Assembly (NCBI RefSeq): GCF_000372725.1
Contig: NW_005201392.1
Span: forward strand, 66,521-130,520
Length of the DNA stretch: 64,000 nt
Origin: Emiliania huxleyi CCMP1516
Taxonomy: Eukaryota
Direction: 5' to 3'
Under the pieces are notes generated by a model. The model was not told where the DNA came from. It saw only the letters and a program-made list of their open reading frames with translations, and searched no databases. Positions 11,776-25,411 of this stretch are shown in pieces (within the stretch, counting starts at the first letter, position 1; the number at the start of each line of letters is the position of its first letter). The translations under genes were made by a program, and so were the position numbers.

Positions 11776-12235
11776 AGTTGGTTGGCCGTCCAGTAACCGA
11801 ATCCGGCGATTTTATTTTCTTCTACAGCGCGCCGCCTTCTTTTCTTCAACCTGTTTCCGTTAGGTTTTTTGTTGGCAAAGCAAGACACAGCGCTCACACA
11901 AAATCACAGTGGGTGGAAAGCGAACTTAACAGGGGTCGATTAGGGCCACCCTGTCCAGAGGCAGAGGTAGGTAGTAGGTAGAGGTAGGAGGTAGGTGCTT
12001 TCTGAGATCTTGCAATCGTGAGTCTCGCGCCTTGCGGGGGGGGGAGCGGGAAGGAGGAACCTCTTCCCAAGAGCACTCTTGGAGCGCCGCCACTACCACC
12101 CAGAGCGCTGCAAGCAGCGCCGGGCAATGATCGAGCGAGTCTATGCAGCCCTCGGCCACGCTCTCCTCGTAAGCATTTCCGTTGCATGGGACCCCCCCCC
12201 CCCTCCCCCTCCCCCCCCGACGAGTTGCATTTGCG

Positions 12236-12312
12236 AAAAAGAAAGAAAGAAAGCACACAGACACCCCAAGGGAGGGATGGGAGGACGGCACGCCGCCACC
12301 ACACAGGGATTT
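12236..12312 (+). repeat. Dispersed repeat family B, copy
   Basis: AAAGAAAG..CAC...AGGGAGGGATGGGAGGACGGCACGCCGCCACCACACAGGGATTT occurs reverse-complemented at 30696-30748 and 35856-35922. Confidence 0.85.
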
Positions 12313-13041
12313 TCCGGAGAGGAGTGTGGTGCTAGCCGTCGCCCACCCTTGGGCGTCCGCCTCTTCCTATCCTATCTCTCTTCGCAGTCTCTCGCCGATT
12401 CTCGCTGCAACCTTCATGCCACCTCGCGGTCGTCCCACTCTCGTCGTTCTCTCTCCTGTTGCTTCTTCCATCCCATTTGCGAGGAGTTCTCTCGGATTCC
12501 ACGACGAATTCTTATCGGATTGCGACGGCTGACCCGCCCGGTGCCAGGGACCTGGTACCTGCAATGGTTCCCACTGCCGAAGGCTCCGAGCGCCCGCTGA
12601 AAAAAAATTAAATATTCTTAGCTTCGCCCTTGCCTCCGAGACTAGGGACAGAACCCACCCGTACACAGGAGAGATGGGACTGCGCCTCGCCCTCGCTTGC
12701 CCTGACTGCACAGGATAGCGTGCCCCGATGACGGCGACACTTAGCGAGGGTCACTGCGCAAGGAGGTTCGGTTTTGCCTTTCTCTGTGCTCTCGGGGGAA
12801 TGTTCCCTCGACGCCCACGGCCTTTTTGAGGTTTCGTACTAATGACGTCCTTCTTGGCACTTCGTGCGTCGGTGTGTGCGTATCTATAGTGTCTAATTCC
12901 CCGGTATTTTTTTATTTTATTTTTTTATTTTTATGCTATATAGGTTGCCCGCCGGCGTCCCCTATCATCTACTCTGCTTACTTCGGCCGACGGCCGCTCG
13001 GTGGTCGAGTGGCTGCCGGATCGAGTCTGCAGCGTTGACCC

Positions 13042-13141
13042 NNNNNNNNNNNNNNNNNNNNNNNNNNNNNNNNNNNNNNNNNNNNNNNNNNNNNNNNNNN
13101 NNNNNNNNNNNNNNNNNNNNNNNNNNNNNNNNNNNNNNNNN
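13042..13141. other. Assembly gap (N run)
   Basis: Run of 100 N. Confidence 1.
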
Positions 13142-13568
13142 TACCTGCCGTGTGCGCCCGTCCACTACTGCGGGGTTCTCTGGCTGCCTCTGGAAGGCAC
13201 CGAGAGGGACAAAATGGCGCAAATGGTCAAAATCAAGGTTTTGTAACGCGAGCTGTGCCACAGTGAAATGGAACTAGCCCCTGGGACTACGGCTTTATCC
13301 TTGTGACGCTCCCTGATAGAGACATCAATGACGCTCCCTGGGTGTCATAGTCCTATGTGCTATGAGCGGGGGCTCCCTGGGACTATGAGCGCCGCAGCGG
13401 CGCTTGCAGGAAAAGTCAGTAAACTACAGTACGCGATACCCGTTCAACAGTTAACACCCGCTCTCCCCACCGCCCTCCCTCGGCTGAACCCCCGCGAGAT
13501 CCCATATATTGTACGCATGCGCCCAAAGCACTGACAGTCAGCGGCCACGCCGCGTGCACTCCTCTCTC

Positions 13569-16500
13569 TCACAGCCACGCCTGCCACGCGGGCGGCTGGC
13601 GCGTGAGCGCCTCCTCCGAGGTTGCCTCGGCGACGAGCGCGCGCAGGTTGGCGTGCACGTCGGCCTGCTTGCCCATCTTTTTGACGAGCTCGGCCGGCGA
13701 CAGCGCGTGCATCCGCGAGGCCGCCTCGGCCGGCGCGGCGCCCCACGGCGGCGAGAAGGGGAGCGGCGCGCCCGTGGCGCCGTCCTCCTCGGGCTGGGCG
13801 AGCGTGGCGAGCCAGAGCTCGAGCGGGCACTTGCGCGGCGAGGCGAAGCACTCGGCGGCGGCGGAGAAGGTGGCGGAGAAAGCGCCGTCCACGCCGAACG
13901 GCGTCGCGAGCCGCTGCAGGTTGCGCGTCAGCCGGAAGGGCAGCGGCTTCTCTGCCGCCGCGCCGGCGGCGGTGAGGTCGGCGGCGCAGGCGAGGTGGAC
14001 GGCGCCGGTCGCGCGCGAGAAGACGACCGAGCCCGGCTGCAGCGCCTTGAGCTGCAGCGTGTACGACAGCAGCGCGTGCAGCCCGAGCTGCGCCGTGAGC
14101 GCGCGGCGCAGCTCCCACTGCTGCACGAGCGACGGCAGCGACTCGCGGACGCAACGCAGCAGCGCGTCGTCGGGGACGCCGCGGCACGCGTCGTCGTACG
14201 CCTGCCGCAGCCGCTCGCGCCGCGCCTCCTCGTCCGGCGGCGCGACGCCCCGCGAGAGTGTGCGCTGGTGCGTGAGCGCGGGACCGAGCGGCGGCAGGCC
14301 GGCGGCGGAGCGCGCCGCGTGCAGCACCGACGCGAGGGAGGTCTCGGAGGGGTCGCACTCGCAGAGCATGACGCCGCGGTCGTTGATCCGCATCGAGAGC
14401 GGCAGCGCGAGCGTGACGGCGCGCCGCCGCGTCTCGCGGTACCGAAGCAGCCGGCGCGTCAGCAGCCGCAGCAGCTGGCTGAGCCGCTCCACAGAGAGCG
14501 ACGCGTGCGGCCGCAGGGGGGACGGGCCGTTCAGGTAAAAGGTGTGGCGCGTGAGTGAGTCAGAGAGGAGGACGAAGCGGCGCTGCGTCGCGCCGCTCGC
14601 CGCGTCGCGCACAACCGTCACCCCGGGCGCGATCCGGTCGATGACGGCGAGCTGCTCCATGGCCGGCTCGAGGCCAGCCTCGTACTGGCCGGGCACCTCG
14701 ACCAGCGGCTGCTGCGAGAGGAGCATGCGCCACGCGCCGCCGTCGACTCTGGCGACGCGCGGCGCCGCCGCCAGCTCGGTCGCCAGGCCCGCCCGCACAG
14801 CCTCCAGCCGGGCGAGGAGCTCCGAGAGGGTGGGCGGTGGCGAGGCGATGCACTCGCGCAGCAGAGCCGCGCCCCAGCCGACGGCGAGCGCGCGCGTCTC
14901 CGGGTTGTCCGCCCTGGCGAGCTTGCCGGACGAGAGCCCAAAGGCGGTGCCGATCTTGTTGAGGGCGTCCGTCACGGCGGCGGGCGGCGCGTCGGGCGGC
15001 GAGGGCGTCACCGACAGGCCGAGCAGGACCACCTCGTGCACCGCGGCAAGCAGCCGCTCGGCGACGGTCGGCAGCAGCGACGTCTCGAGGGCGGTGCAGA
15101 GGGCGTCGAGCTGAGAGGCGAGCTGCGGGTGCTCGCGCCGCAGCGCCGCGTCGACCCGCGCAGCCACGCCCTTCCCCTCGTAGCTGGGCTGCGGCGCCGG
15201 CTCGGCGCCCACGGCCGGGGGCGTGAGCACGCGCAGCAGAGGGTCGGAGCCTGGAGCGGCGGCGGGGAGGCCCGCAGAGGGGGGGCGGGCCGCCGCCGCC
15301 GCGCCGGCCGCCGCGGGCGCACCGGCGGGCGACGGCGCGACGGCGGCGGTGGCCGCCACGGCGCAGGCAGCGGGCGCAGAGGAGGGGTCTGTCTTGACCG
15401 CCGTCGGGGCGGACGGCGGCGCGGCGGGCAGCGCGCCGCCGGCGGGCGCGGCGGGCGCGGCGGTGGGCGTGGCGGGGTGCATGCTCTCCTGCTTGGTGAC
15501 GGCGCTCGTGATGCTGGGCGCGGAGGTGAGCGGCGGCGGCGTGGCGGAGGTGGCGGGTGCGCCGCCGCCCTCTGCCGCCGCGGGCGCCGACGCCGACGCC
15601 GCGGCGGCGCGCTGCTCGTCCGCGCGCGCCTCCGCCTCCTTCTCCGCCCGCTCCTGGGCGGGGGGCTTCCACAGCGCGGGGGGGGAGGCGTCGCCGACGG
15701 CCGAGGTGCCGAGGTGCGACTGGCTGTACGCCCTCAGCGGGTAGTACAGCGGCTGCGGGTACGAGCGCGCCAGCCGGAGCAGCACGTGCTGCGCCTGCGC
15801 GCCGTACCCCTTGCGCAGTCCGCGCAGCAGCTGCGGCAGCCACGGCAGCCACTGCCAGAGCGGCACCGCGTCGGCGTGCTCGCCCAGCACGCGCGCGGCA
15901 GTCTCGCCCGGCAGCGCGTCCAGCAGCGACAGCACGCGCGGCATCACGTTGGCGCCCTTGGTCGCAGACAGCTGCAGCGACAGCAGGTAGCACGTGAGGG
16001 CCCGCTCGGCCATCGCCGGGGCGGTGCCGCCGGGCGAGGCGGCGCCGCCAGAGGTCGGCGGCGGCGCGGCGGCGTCCACCTGCATGGCGGAGCCGCCGTT
16101 GCCCGCGAGGAGCGTGCGGTACGCGCGGTCGTAAAAGAGCGCCCAGAGCAGCCAGCCGCGCGGCATCTCAGCGTGCAGCGAGACGGCCGTCGCGAAGGCC
16201 TGCGAGACGGCCTCCTCGTCGCCGGCGGAGAGGCCGCCGCTCGCGTCGGCGAGGGCGAGGAGGAGCTCCCCCTTGGTCGCGAAGAGCTCAGCGCGCTGCG
16301 GCGTCGCCATGAACTGCACGTCGGCCTGCAGCAGCGCCTGCAAGCCCTGCTTCAGGTACTGCGGCATCTGCAAGCAAGAGCGCGCCTGCTCGCGCAGCTT
16401 TGAGAAGGCGTCGTGCAGCTGCTCGCCCGCCACGCCCGCCGTGACGGTCTGCACCTTTGCGATGATCGAGACGCAAGCCTGGGGCAGGTTCTGCCGCCGC

Positions 16501-18634
16501 GCGACGTGCGCGAACCGGACGACCGTCCACAGGAGCTCGCGGTAGCCCTTCGTGGCGAGGGCGGGGTTCTCGCTGCCGGCGAGGCGGCCGAGCACATTGT
16601 TGATGTGCGAAAACATGTGGTTGCGCCACGAAACGAGGTCGTTCCACGCAGGCAGCTCCTCCCAGACGTTGGGCAGCCGCTCGCGCCACGTCACGAGGAT
16701 CGAGTTTAGGTCCGGCACCTGGTTGTTGCGCTGCGCGGTGTTGAGCTCGAGCAGCATCTGCGCCGACTCCTGCAGCTCCTGGAACTGCTGAAACATCTGC
16801 AGCAGGTGCGTGTGCGACGAGAGCGAGACGGGCGGCAGCGAGCACCACTGGGCGAGCGCGATCTGGATGCCCTCGTTGCAGCGCCCCTCCGCCTCGGCGA
16901 GCTTGCCGTCGTGGATGGCCGCGTACGTCTGCAGCATCTTGAGCGCCGCCTGCGAGCGCATGTCGCACCGGCGGAAGAGGTCGCGCAGCCGCTCCCAGTC
17001 CGCCGACTTCCACGCGCACTCCATCAGCAGCGCCGGCTGCGACCCCGGCCACGCCTTTGCGTACTCCGAGAGGAGCTCCCACTGGTTGAGCGCCTTTGCG
17101 GAGCGGACGATGCCCTCCTCCCACAGCGCGAGCTCGGGCTGCGGCGTGTTGACGAGCGTCATCTCGCCCGCCTGCCACCGGCTCATGCACTCTGCGTACG
17201 CGTCCTGCGCCGCCTGCCACGCGCCGTACTGCTCGAGTTAGCTTATTTCATTATATTATATTATATTATATTTATTATATTATCCGCCTGCCACGCGCCG
17301 TACTGCTCGAGCGCGAGAGCGCGCCGCGTCTCGGCGTGCAATGCGCGCTGCTTCCACACGGCGGCGTGCCCGTCCCGGTCGCCCAGCGCGCTGTGCAGGG
17401 AGGCGAGCGCGTCGTACCACGCCGGCTCCGTGGGCGCGAGAGCGAGCGACTGCTGCAGCAGCGGCATCGCGAGGTGCCACGCGTTGTGCCGCGCGGCGAG
17501 CGAGCGCAACGTGGCCGCCGGCAGCCGCGGCGCGGGCGAGCAGGCGCAGAGCGCCGCGAGCCACGCCTGGACGACGTTGGGCGAGTGGCCGGCCGTCTTG
17601 TTGTGCGCGGGCCGCTGCAGCGTCGAGAGGAGCGGCTTGTAGTGCGCCAGCTGCTCGGACGCGGTGAGCGTGCGCCACAGCTGCGGGAAGAGGGCGACCC
17701 ACGCCTCGCAAGCGAGCCGCGCCGCGGAAGGGTCGTGCAGCAGCTCGCACAGCGGCGCGAGCAGCTCGCCCACGCTCAGCCGCCGCGCGCACGCGGTGAG
17801 GAAGGCGGCCGCGTCGCGCATCAGACCTGCGGCCTGCCCGCTCACGACGCGCACCTCGCCCCGCCCCGCCGCCGCGCCGCCCGCCGCGCCGCCCGCCGCG
17901 CCGCCCGCCGCGCCGCCGGGGGTGAGCTCGGCGACCGGCAGCGGCAGCGCCGCGCCGCACACCGCCGCCGGCTGGTCGGGGTCCGTGGCGGCGAGCAGCA
18001 CCTGCACGCCCTGCCGCAGCCAGAACGCGCCGCTCGCGGCGGCGACGGCCGCCGGCCCCGAGTCATTCTCGTTCGAGGAGATGACGTGCGCGATGCGGTG
18101 AGCGACGGAGCCGCCGACGGCGCGGGAGAGGTGCGCCGAGAAAGCGCGCCGCGTCGCTGCGTCGCGCGAGCGGAGGCCGAGCAGCAGCCCCGCTTCGAGC
18201 CGGAGGGGGCCGCTGGTGGCGGCGGTGGAGGGGGTGCCGCGCGGAGGGTTTGGCAGCAGCATCTCGCGCCCCGGAAGCGACTCGTCGGCGAGCACGCGCG
18301 CGGCGACGGCGAGGTAGGCCGCGTGCAGCCGCGGCGCGGACGTCGCCTCGACGCAGCCCAGCTTGAGCAGCAGCGAGGCGCGCTCCTTTGGCTGCAGGTT
18401 TGGCGGCGCCCCCGGCGGCGCGACGATCCAGCTGCCCGCCGTTTTGACGACGAGCATCAGCAGCTCAACGTCGTGCGCGCGCTCGGCCAGCCGCTCGAGC
18501 GCGAGCAGGAAGGTCTTGCGCGCGTCGCCGCTGTCGGGCAGCCGCGCCGAGCCGAGCCGGATCGTGAGGCGCAGCGAGGGCAGCAGCAGCTCCTCTGCTG
18601 TCGGCGAAGAGGCCGCGCCGGACGCGCCGGGCGA

Positions 18635-18675
<41 letters not shown>

Positions 18676-18872
18676 GCGGCTCGGGCTTGCGCGAGAGGTG
18701 GTCCTTGGCGAGCCGGGCGAGGAGCTTGGTGATTGCGACGTGCTGCTTCGAGAGCAGATCCGGAGCGAACCCACCAACCACCAGGAGCAGCCGGAGCGAC
18801 GAGTGCGCGCGCACCACCGAAAAGTCGCGCGCCGGCGCGGGCGGCGGCGCGGCGCCGCCCTGGCCCGCCTGC

Positions 18873-18919
<47 letters not shown>

Positions 18920-21900
18920 AGGGTCCTTGGTACCCAGGCCGAGCGCACACGCCTCTGCGAGCCAGTGCATGAAGCTAGCGACGTCGCCCTGCGTCTGCGG
19001 CGCCTGCCGCGCGACGCGGCCGAGGTTTTGGAGCGCGTCCTTGAGGAAGGCCTCGAGGGCGGACACCATCTTTTGGCTCTCGAGGTGGTGCTCGAGCGCC
19101 GGCGCGAGCAGCGCGTGCAGCGACTTGAGGTGGCGCACCAGGAAGGCCGGCTGCCGCTTGATGATCGCGTGCAGCACCGCCAGCCCCGTCAGCAGCAGGT
19201 TTGAGCCGTCCGCGCCGCCGGCCGAAGCCGCGCCGTCCTTGGCGGCGGCGGCGTTGGCCGAGGAGCGCGAGGCCTCCTGGAACTGCTTGTCGAGGAAGGC
19301 GTACTTGATTGCAACCTCAGGCCAGAGGGAGAGCCCCGACGCGAGGAGGGAGACGCAGCGCTCCGACAGCTCCGGCCCGTCGCGCCCCTCGGCCGCCATC
19401 AACGCCACGCGGATCAGAAAGTTGACCAGCACCTCAACGATGGCCGCAGAGGGCCGAAACTCCTCCTCCGCCGGCGCGGAGGCGGGCGCGACGGCGGCGG
19501 GCGCGGAGGCGGGCGCGGAGGCGGGCGCGGAGGCGGGCGCGGAGGCGGGTGCGGAGGCGGGCGCGACGGCGGCGGCCGAGGCGGCGGCGGGCGAGGCGAG
19601 CGCCGTGGCGGCGGCGGCGGGCGAGCGGGCGGCGGGCGAACGGGCGGTGGCGGGCGCGATCGCTGCGGCGGCGGCGCTGCCGGCGACGGCGGCAGCGGCG
19701 GCCGCCGCCGCCGCCGCCGCCGCTGCCACTGCTGGCGAGGCGGCGACAGCGGCGGCTGCGGCTGCGGCTGGCGTCACCTGCCTGGCCGCGCCGCGCGCCG
19801 CTGCCGCTGCGGTGGCGGAGACCGCGCCCTCAACCTCCATCGGTGCGTCGGGCCTGCCGGCGGGCGGCGAGGGCGGCGCCGACGGCGGCGGCTCCACCTT
19901 TGCTGCTGCGGACTCCGTGCCGGGCGGCGCCCCTGCCGACGGAGCCCCGCCCGGCGCCGCCTGCGCCCCGTCCGTCTTTTGCAGCTTCGCGGGCGCGCCG
20001 CCGGCGGCGCCGGCCGCCGCGGGCGACTCTGCCGGCCGCTTTGCGCCCGCGGTGGGCGTGGCGGGGCCGGTGGATGCGGGCCGCGTTGTTGGCAGGCTGG
20101 CGGCCTCGATGCGCTGCATCTCCCACGAGATGATGAGCTGCGCGAGGTCGATGGCGAGCCTGCGGTTGTCGGTGGAGCAGTTTGGCGAGAGGCCGATCCG
20201 GTTGAGCGAGTTGACCATCTGCGGCACGAACTGGGCGGAGGAGGAGTAGAAGAGGGCGGGGTGGCGCACGACGAGCTGCCAGATGTGGATGAGCTGCGGC
20301 AGCGAATGCCCCTCCTCAACCACGATCTTCTTGGTCCACTTGATCCACGTCGGGTACTTGTGGTCGCCCGCCGGCAGCCGCGACGGCAGCGCCGGCGTGA
20401 GGATGTCGAGGGCGCGCTTGACCAGCGCGCGCGCGTCCGGCTGGAACGTGCGCAGCAGCGCGACGTACACCTGCAGGATGATCTTTGGCGGCGTGTCGTA
20501 GACCTGGATGAACCGGCAGACGTTGACGTAGGCGCACTGCTTCGACTGCGTGTCCTCGCTCTTGAGGTGGTTCCACGAGAACTTGATGAGCTCCTTGCGG
20601 TGGTCGACCAGCTGCTCCGGGACGTGCTCGATCAGCAGCGTCGCCAGCCGCAGCAGCTCGATGCGCAGCGCCTCGTCGTAGGATGCGAGCATGTCGCCGC
20701 CGAGCAGCCGGTGCACGATGGTCGCGATCACCTCCTTGGACAGGACCGCCTCGCCCTCGCCCTTTGCGAACGACGCGCAGAGCATCGGCAGCGCAATCAG
20801 CTGCAGCGCCTGGACGCGGTCCTCGCGCGCCGTGCGCGACGACTGGAAGAAGCGGAGGAAGTAGCGGAGGCAGGCGACGCGCTGCGCGACCGAGTAGCCT
20901 GTCGCGACCTCCTCCAGGTAGAAGAGCTTGAGAAAGTCGTACGCCACGAGCGTGTGGTGCGAGAAGATGGACAGCATGAGGAAGAGCAGCTCGATGTGCC
21001 CGTCGCCAATCTCGTCGCCGAGCGCCTTTGCCTGGTGGCGCAGGCACGAGACGAAGCACTTTGCGATCACCTTAAACTCGCGCACTTGCTCAAGCGGCAT
21101 GGCCGCCTGCTCCTCCGCCGCGAGCCGCTCCTGCGAGCTCCAGATCTGGACGAGAGCCTGCAGCACGTCCGGGCAAGACGGCAGCCAGTCGGGCTTGAGC
21201 TTGCAGAGCCCGTGGACCAGAGCCACCCCCTGGTACCGCAGCTGCGCGGCGACCTGTCGCTCGGTCGTGCTGCGCGCCGCCTCGAGCGTGCGCTGGAGCA
21301 GCGGCTGCCACTGGCGCGCAAGCTCGTCGCGCACCTCGGCGGCGTGCTTGTACCGGACGAGCGAGAGGAGGTAGCGGAACGCCTTTGCAACGTCCTCGCG
21401 CCTCTCCTTGGTCGCCGCGTCCGCAGGCAGCGTGATCCGGTCGAGCAGGTGGGACACCGTCTCCTTTGCGTGACGATTGAGGTACGGCACCAGCGCCTCC
21501 CGGTGTGGCGACCAGTGGCGGCCGAGGGCTGTCGAGCCAGGTAGCACCGCCTCGAGGGAGAGGGAGACCGACACAAGCTCGGTCAGGAACTTGTCGGGCG
21601 CGGGGGGCAGGAGGTGGAAGAGAGAGAGGATCGCGCAGGGGATCTTGACGTCGTCGCCGGGGCGGAACGTCTTTGCCTTCGCCAGCGCCTCGGGGTCCGT
21701 CCAGCGACGGAGGTGCTCGAGGAGCTTCTCGCCGAGGGTGAGGTTGAAGAAGTTGGAGAGCAGCGAGAGCAGGCGCGAGAGGCCCTGCAGCAGCGGCACC
21801 GACAGCTTGCGGTAGTCGGCCAGGTTGAGCAAGATCGGGCGCAGGCTGGACTGCAGCAGCTCCTTTTGCAGCTTGGACTGCGAGATGACCGCGGCGAGCG

Positions 21901-24900
21901 CGTCGCGCGCCACGGCCACCACCTCCTCGTGCCGCACCGTCAGCGACTTGAAGAAGCAGCCGATCATGCGGTGCCGCAGCGCCAAGTGGGGCGGCCCCTT
22001 AAGCGCGTCGTACGACAGCGCGGCGGCGAGCAGCTCGATGGCAACCACGCGCTGCCGCACCGGCAACGGCACGCCGCGCACGTGCCGCCCGAGCATGCGA
22101 CCGCGCAGCGACGCCGGCTCGTTGGCGAGCGACCCGCCCCCCGGTGCTGCGGCCGCCTGCTCGAGAATAAAAAAGGCGTGACTGGGGGCTAGTAGGTATG
22201 TAAAAAAGAAATAGCGGGCGGCTGCGGCCGCCTGCTCGCGCGGGTCGCGAGGGCCGTCGTCCGGCGCCTCGGCCAGGGCGAGGGCCTGGTCGAGCAGCGC
22301 GAGGAGGGGGGCGTCGAGCGGGACGAGCCGCGGCGCGGGGGAGGCGCCTAGGCCAGGACGTGGCACGGACGTGTCGAGGACACGTCCACGACATGTCCTG
22401 GACATGTCCTGGAGCGAGCCGCGGCGCGCGCGCGCGCGCGCGCCCGGGGGGGGGGGGGGGGGGGGCGCCGGAGGGCTGCTCGAGGATGCAGTAGGTGAGC
22501 GCCTCGCAGGTCGCCACCTGCGTCACCAGCGGCAGCAGCCGCAGCGAGCCCGTCAGCAGCGGCAGCACCGCCGCCTCGCGGTGCTCCATCAGCAGAGAGC
22601 AAACCGAGCGGCCGAGCAGCTGGCTGAGCTCGCGCAAGCCAGCACGCGACGCGTCCCGCACGCCCGCGTTCGCGTTGCCCAGCTCGAGGGCGAACCGGTG
22701 CGCCAGCGCGGCGGCGGCGGCGTCGGCCTCCTCCTTACCCACGCCGCCCGCCGCGCCGCCCGCGCTGCCGTCCACACCGCCGTCGCCTCCGCCGTCACCT
22801 CCGCCGCCGTCGCCTCCGCCGTCGCCTCCGCCGTCGCCTCCGCCGTCGCCTCCGCCGTCGCCTCCGCCGTCGCCTGCGCTTGGCCCGTGGCACTTTCGCA
22901 CAAGCTCGAGCATCAGCTCCCTGGCGGCGTCGAGGTTGTCGGGGTGCACATCCCCGGAGCCGTCGAGGCAGAGAGAGAGGAGCGCCGTCGCCACCGCAAG
23001 CTCGTGCTGCAGCACCCAGCGCGGCTCGCGCCTGCGGAGGTGGTTAAGTAGTGGTTAATTGAGTGTTTAGCTAATCATGGATTCGTAGCTCGCGCCTGCG
23101 GATGAGCTGCGCGATCTCCCCCTATCTCCCCACATCTCCGCCATCTCTCCCCACATCTCGCGCCTGCGGATGAGCTGCGCCATCTCGAGCACCCCGCACG
23201 GCGCCTCGTGCGCGTCCGCGTCGTACGCGGCGTGCGCCAGCTCGCGGAGGAGGTAGGCGTGCACCTAAGTAGTGCTCGACTCGCGCTCAACTAGCAATGG
23301 ACTCGCGGGGCGTGCGCCAGCGCGCGGAGGAGAGAGGCGCGCGCCGCGTCGACCAGCGCGGAGTCCGCGGGGGACGCGGCGAGCGCGTCGAGGTCAGAGA
23401 GCAGCGCGGTCAGCATCTGGGACGCGACCGCCACCACATTCCCCGGCCCGCTGCGCAGCGTCGCCACGAGCGCGTCGACGAGCACGCGCGGCCTCGCCGC
23501 CGTTGGGGAAGGCGTCGGCGACGCAGCGGCCGTGGCGCCGAGCGATGTGCCCGCGGGGGGCGGCGGCGGCGGCGGGCCGGCGGCGACCGGGTGGAGCGGC
23601 GCCGGCGCGTTGAGGAGGAGGAGGGCGGTGTGGCGCGTGAGGCCGCGCAGAAGGTGCGTCGCCTCGTCGGAAACCTCCGGCCGCGCCGCCGCCGCGTAGA
23701 GCCCCTCGGCAACCTCGCGCAGGAACGACTCGTCCCGCGCCGCGCACGCCTCCGCCGAGTCCCCGCTACCCACCGGCGGCTCGAGGTACACGCTCCACTC
23801 GCACCGGCCCCCCGCGCCGCCCTCTGCCTCGTCCACGTCCATGGGCGCCGGAGCGGCGGGCGAGGCGGCGGCGGAGGCGGCGGCGGAAGGCGCGGCCGCG
23901 GCGGAGGAAGGCGCAGCCGCGGAAGGTGCGGAAGCGGCGGGCGAAGGCGCGGGCGCGGGTGCGGGCGGCGGCGGCGGCAGCGGCGTGGCGGCGGGCGCAA
24001 TCAGGCGCGAGACGACGGCGCGGAGGAGGGAGAAGGCGTGGTATGGCGCGTTCGCACGCGCGTTGGGCGGCGGCCCGTGCCGCAGCAGCGAGAGCGCCCT
24101 CGCTACTGCCGGGTCGAGGGGGAGCCGGACCGGACCGCGGTGCGCGGGCGGCTCGGACGCCGTGGGCGCGACGGCGCCGCCCGCCGCGGGCCTGCAGACA
24201 GAGGAAGCGGGCTGGCCGGGGGAGGGGGAGGGGAGGGGGGGGGGGGGGGGAGTGTGGATGAGATGTGGGGAATGCTCCCCCCCTCTGCGGCTGAGGTGTG
24301 GGGAGATCTGGGGAGATCTGGGGAGATGTGGGGAGATGTGGGGAGATGTGGGGAGATCTGGGGAGATCTGGGGAGATCTGGGGAGATGCCTCAGCTCGAG
24401 GTAGAGGCGCGCGGGCGGCACGCCGCCGGAGTCGACCCCGACGCCGAGGCTGTGGCCTCCGGCGGTAGGGAGCGGCGCGCCGCTGCTCACGCTCGGCGCC
24501 ACCTGGAGGCGAAAACAGGCGGGGCGCCGCTGAGAGACCGCCCTCTGGGCGCCGCTGCGCACGCTTCGCGCGGCTGTGCGCGGCCTCGAAGGGCGGCCGC
24601 GTGTGCAGCTCCGTGCGGTTGCGCCCTCCGAGCTTGCCGAGCACGCGGAGCGCCGTGGGGCCGTAAGGGTAGGGCTGCGGCCGCAGCTGCCGCGTGAGCG
24701 CCGCCATGAGGTGGCGCATGTGCGGCCCCATCCGCGGCTGCAGGAAGTCGGGGTGGAGGTGGTCGACCTGCTCGCGGCAAAGAGGTGTGGAGAGACGCCG
24801 TTCACAGCCTCGAGTGTGAGGAGGGGGCGGGGGCGGTCGACGCCCAAAACTCGAGCGTGCGCAGCGCGAGCCCGACTTGCTCCGAGGAGGCGCGCAGCGC

Positions 24901-25340
24901 GTGCCGCACGGGCTCCATCAGCAGGTGCCTAGAGGCGAACCACGCGCCTCGACACTAGAAGGCGCGCGGGCGGCGCGCCGGCCTCAGCGGCGCGCGCAGG
25001 AAGGGCAGCAGCGCGGAGAGGCGCGCGGGCAAGGTGAGGCACAGCTCCAGAAGCACCTCGCGCAGCGCGCGCGTGCGCGCGCGCGCGTGCGCGTGGATGA
25101 GGCCAGGCAGCAGCGACGGCAGCAGGGGCAGGAACTCCTTGTACAACGACTCGAACTTGCCGCCGCCGATCGACTTGAAGAGGGCGCGGAGCAGCGAGTA
25201 GTAGTGCGCCGGCGTAGGCGAGGCTGACGCGTAGCGCAGCGCCGAGGTGACGATGGTGGCGAGATGCGGCCTAACTCGCGTGCAGCCTCGGGAGTGGCCT
25301 CGGGGCCATCTCGGACAATAGAGAAGGTGTGTGTGTGCGC

Positions 25341-25411
<71 letters not shown>

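Noticed and set aside
13569..14400. PIKK kinase domain lacking catalytic motifs
   Set aside because: Expected for TRRAP/Tra1, an established pseudokinase.
19449..19800. Ala/Pro-rich repeats inside the TRRAP ORF
   Set aside because: In-frame low-complexity linkers typical of GC-rich algal genes.
13509..24700. Long plus-strand ORFs (e.g. 17336-19204, 18363-20249, 19979-21544)
   Set aside because: Antisense shadows of GC-rich TRRAP exons; Ala/Arg/Gly-rich with no domain signal.
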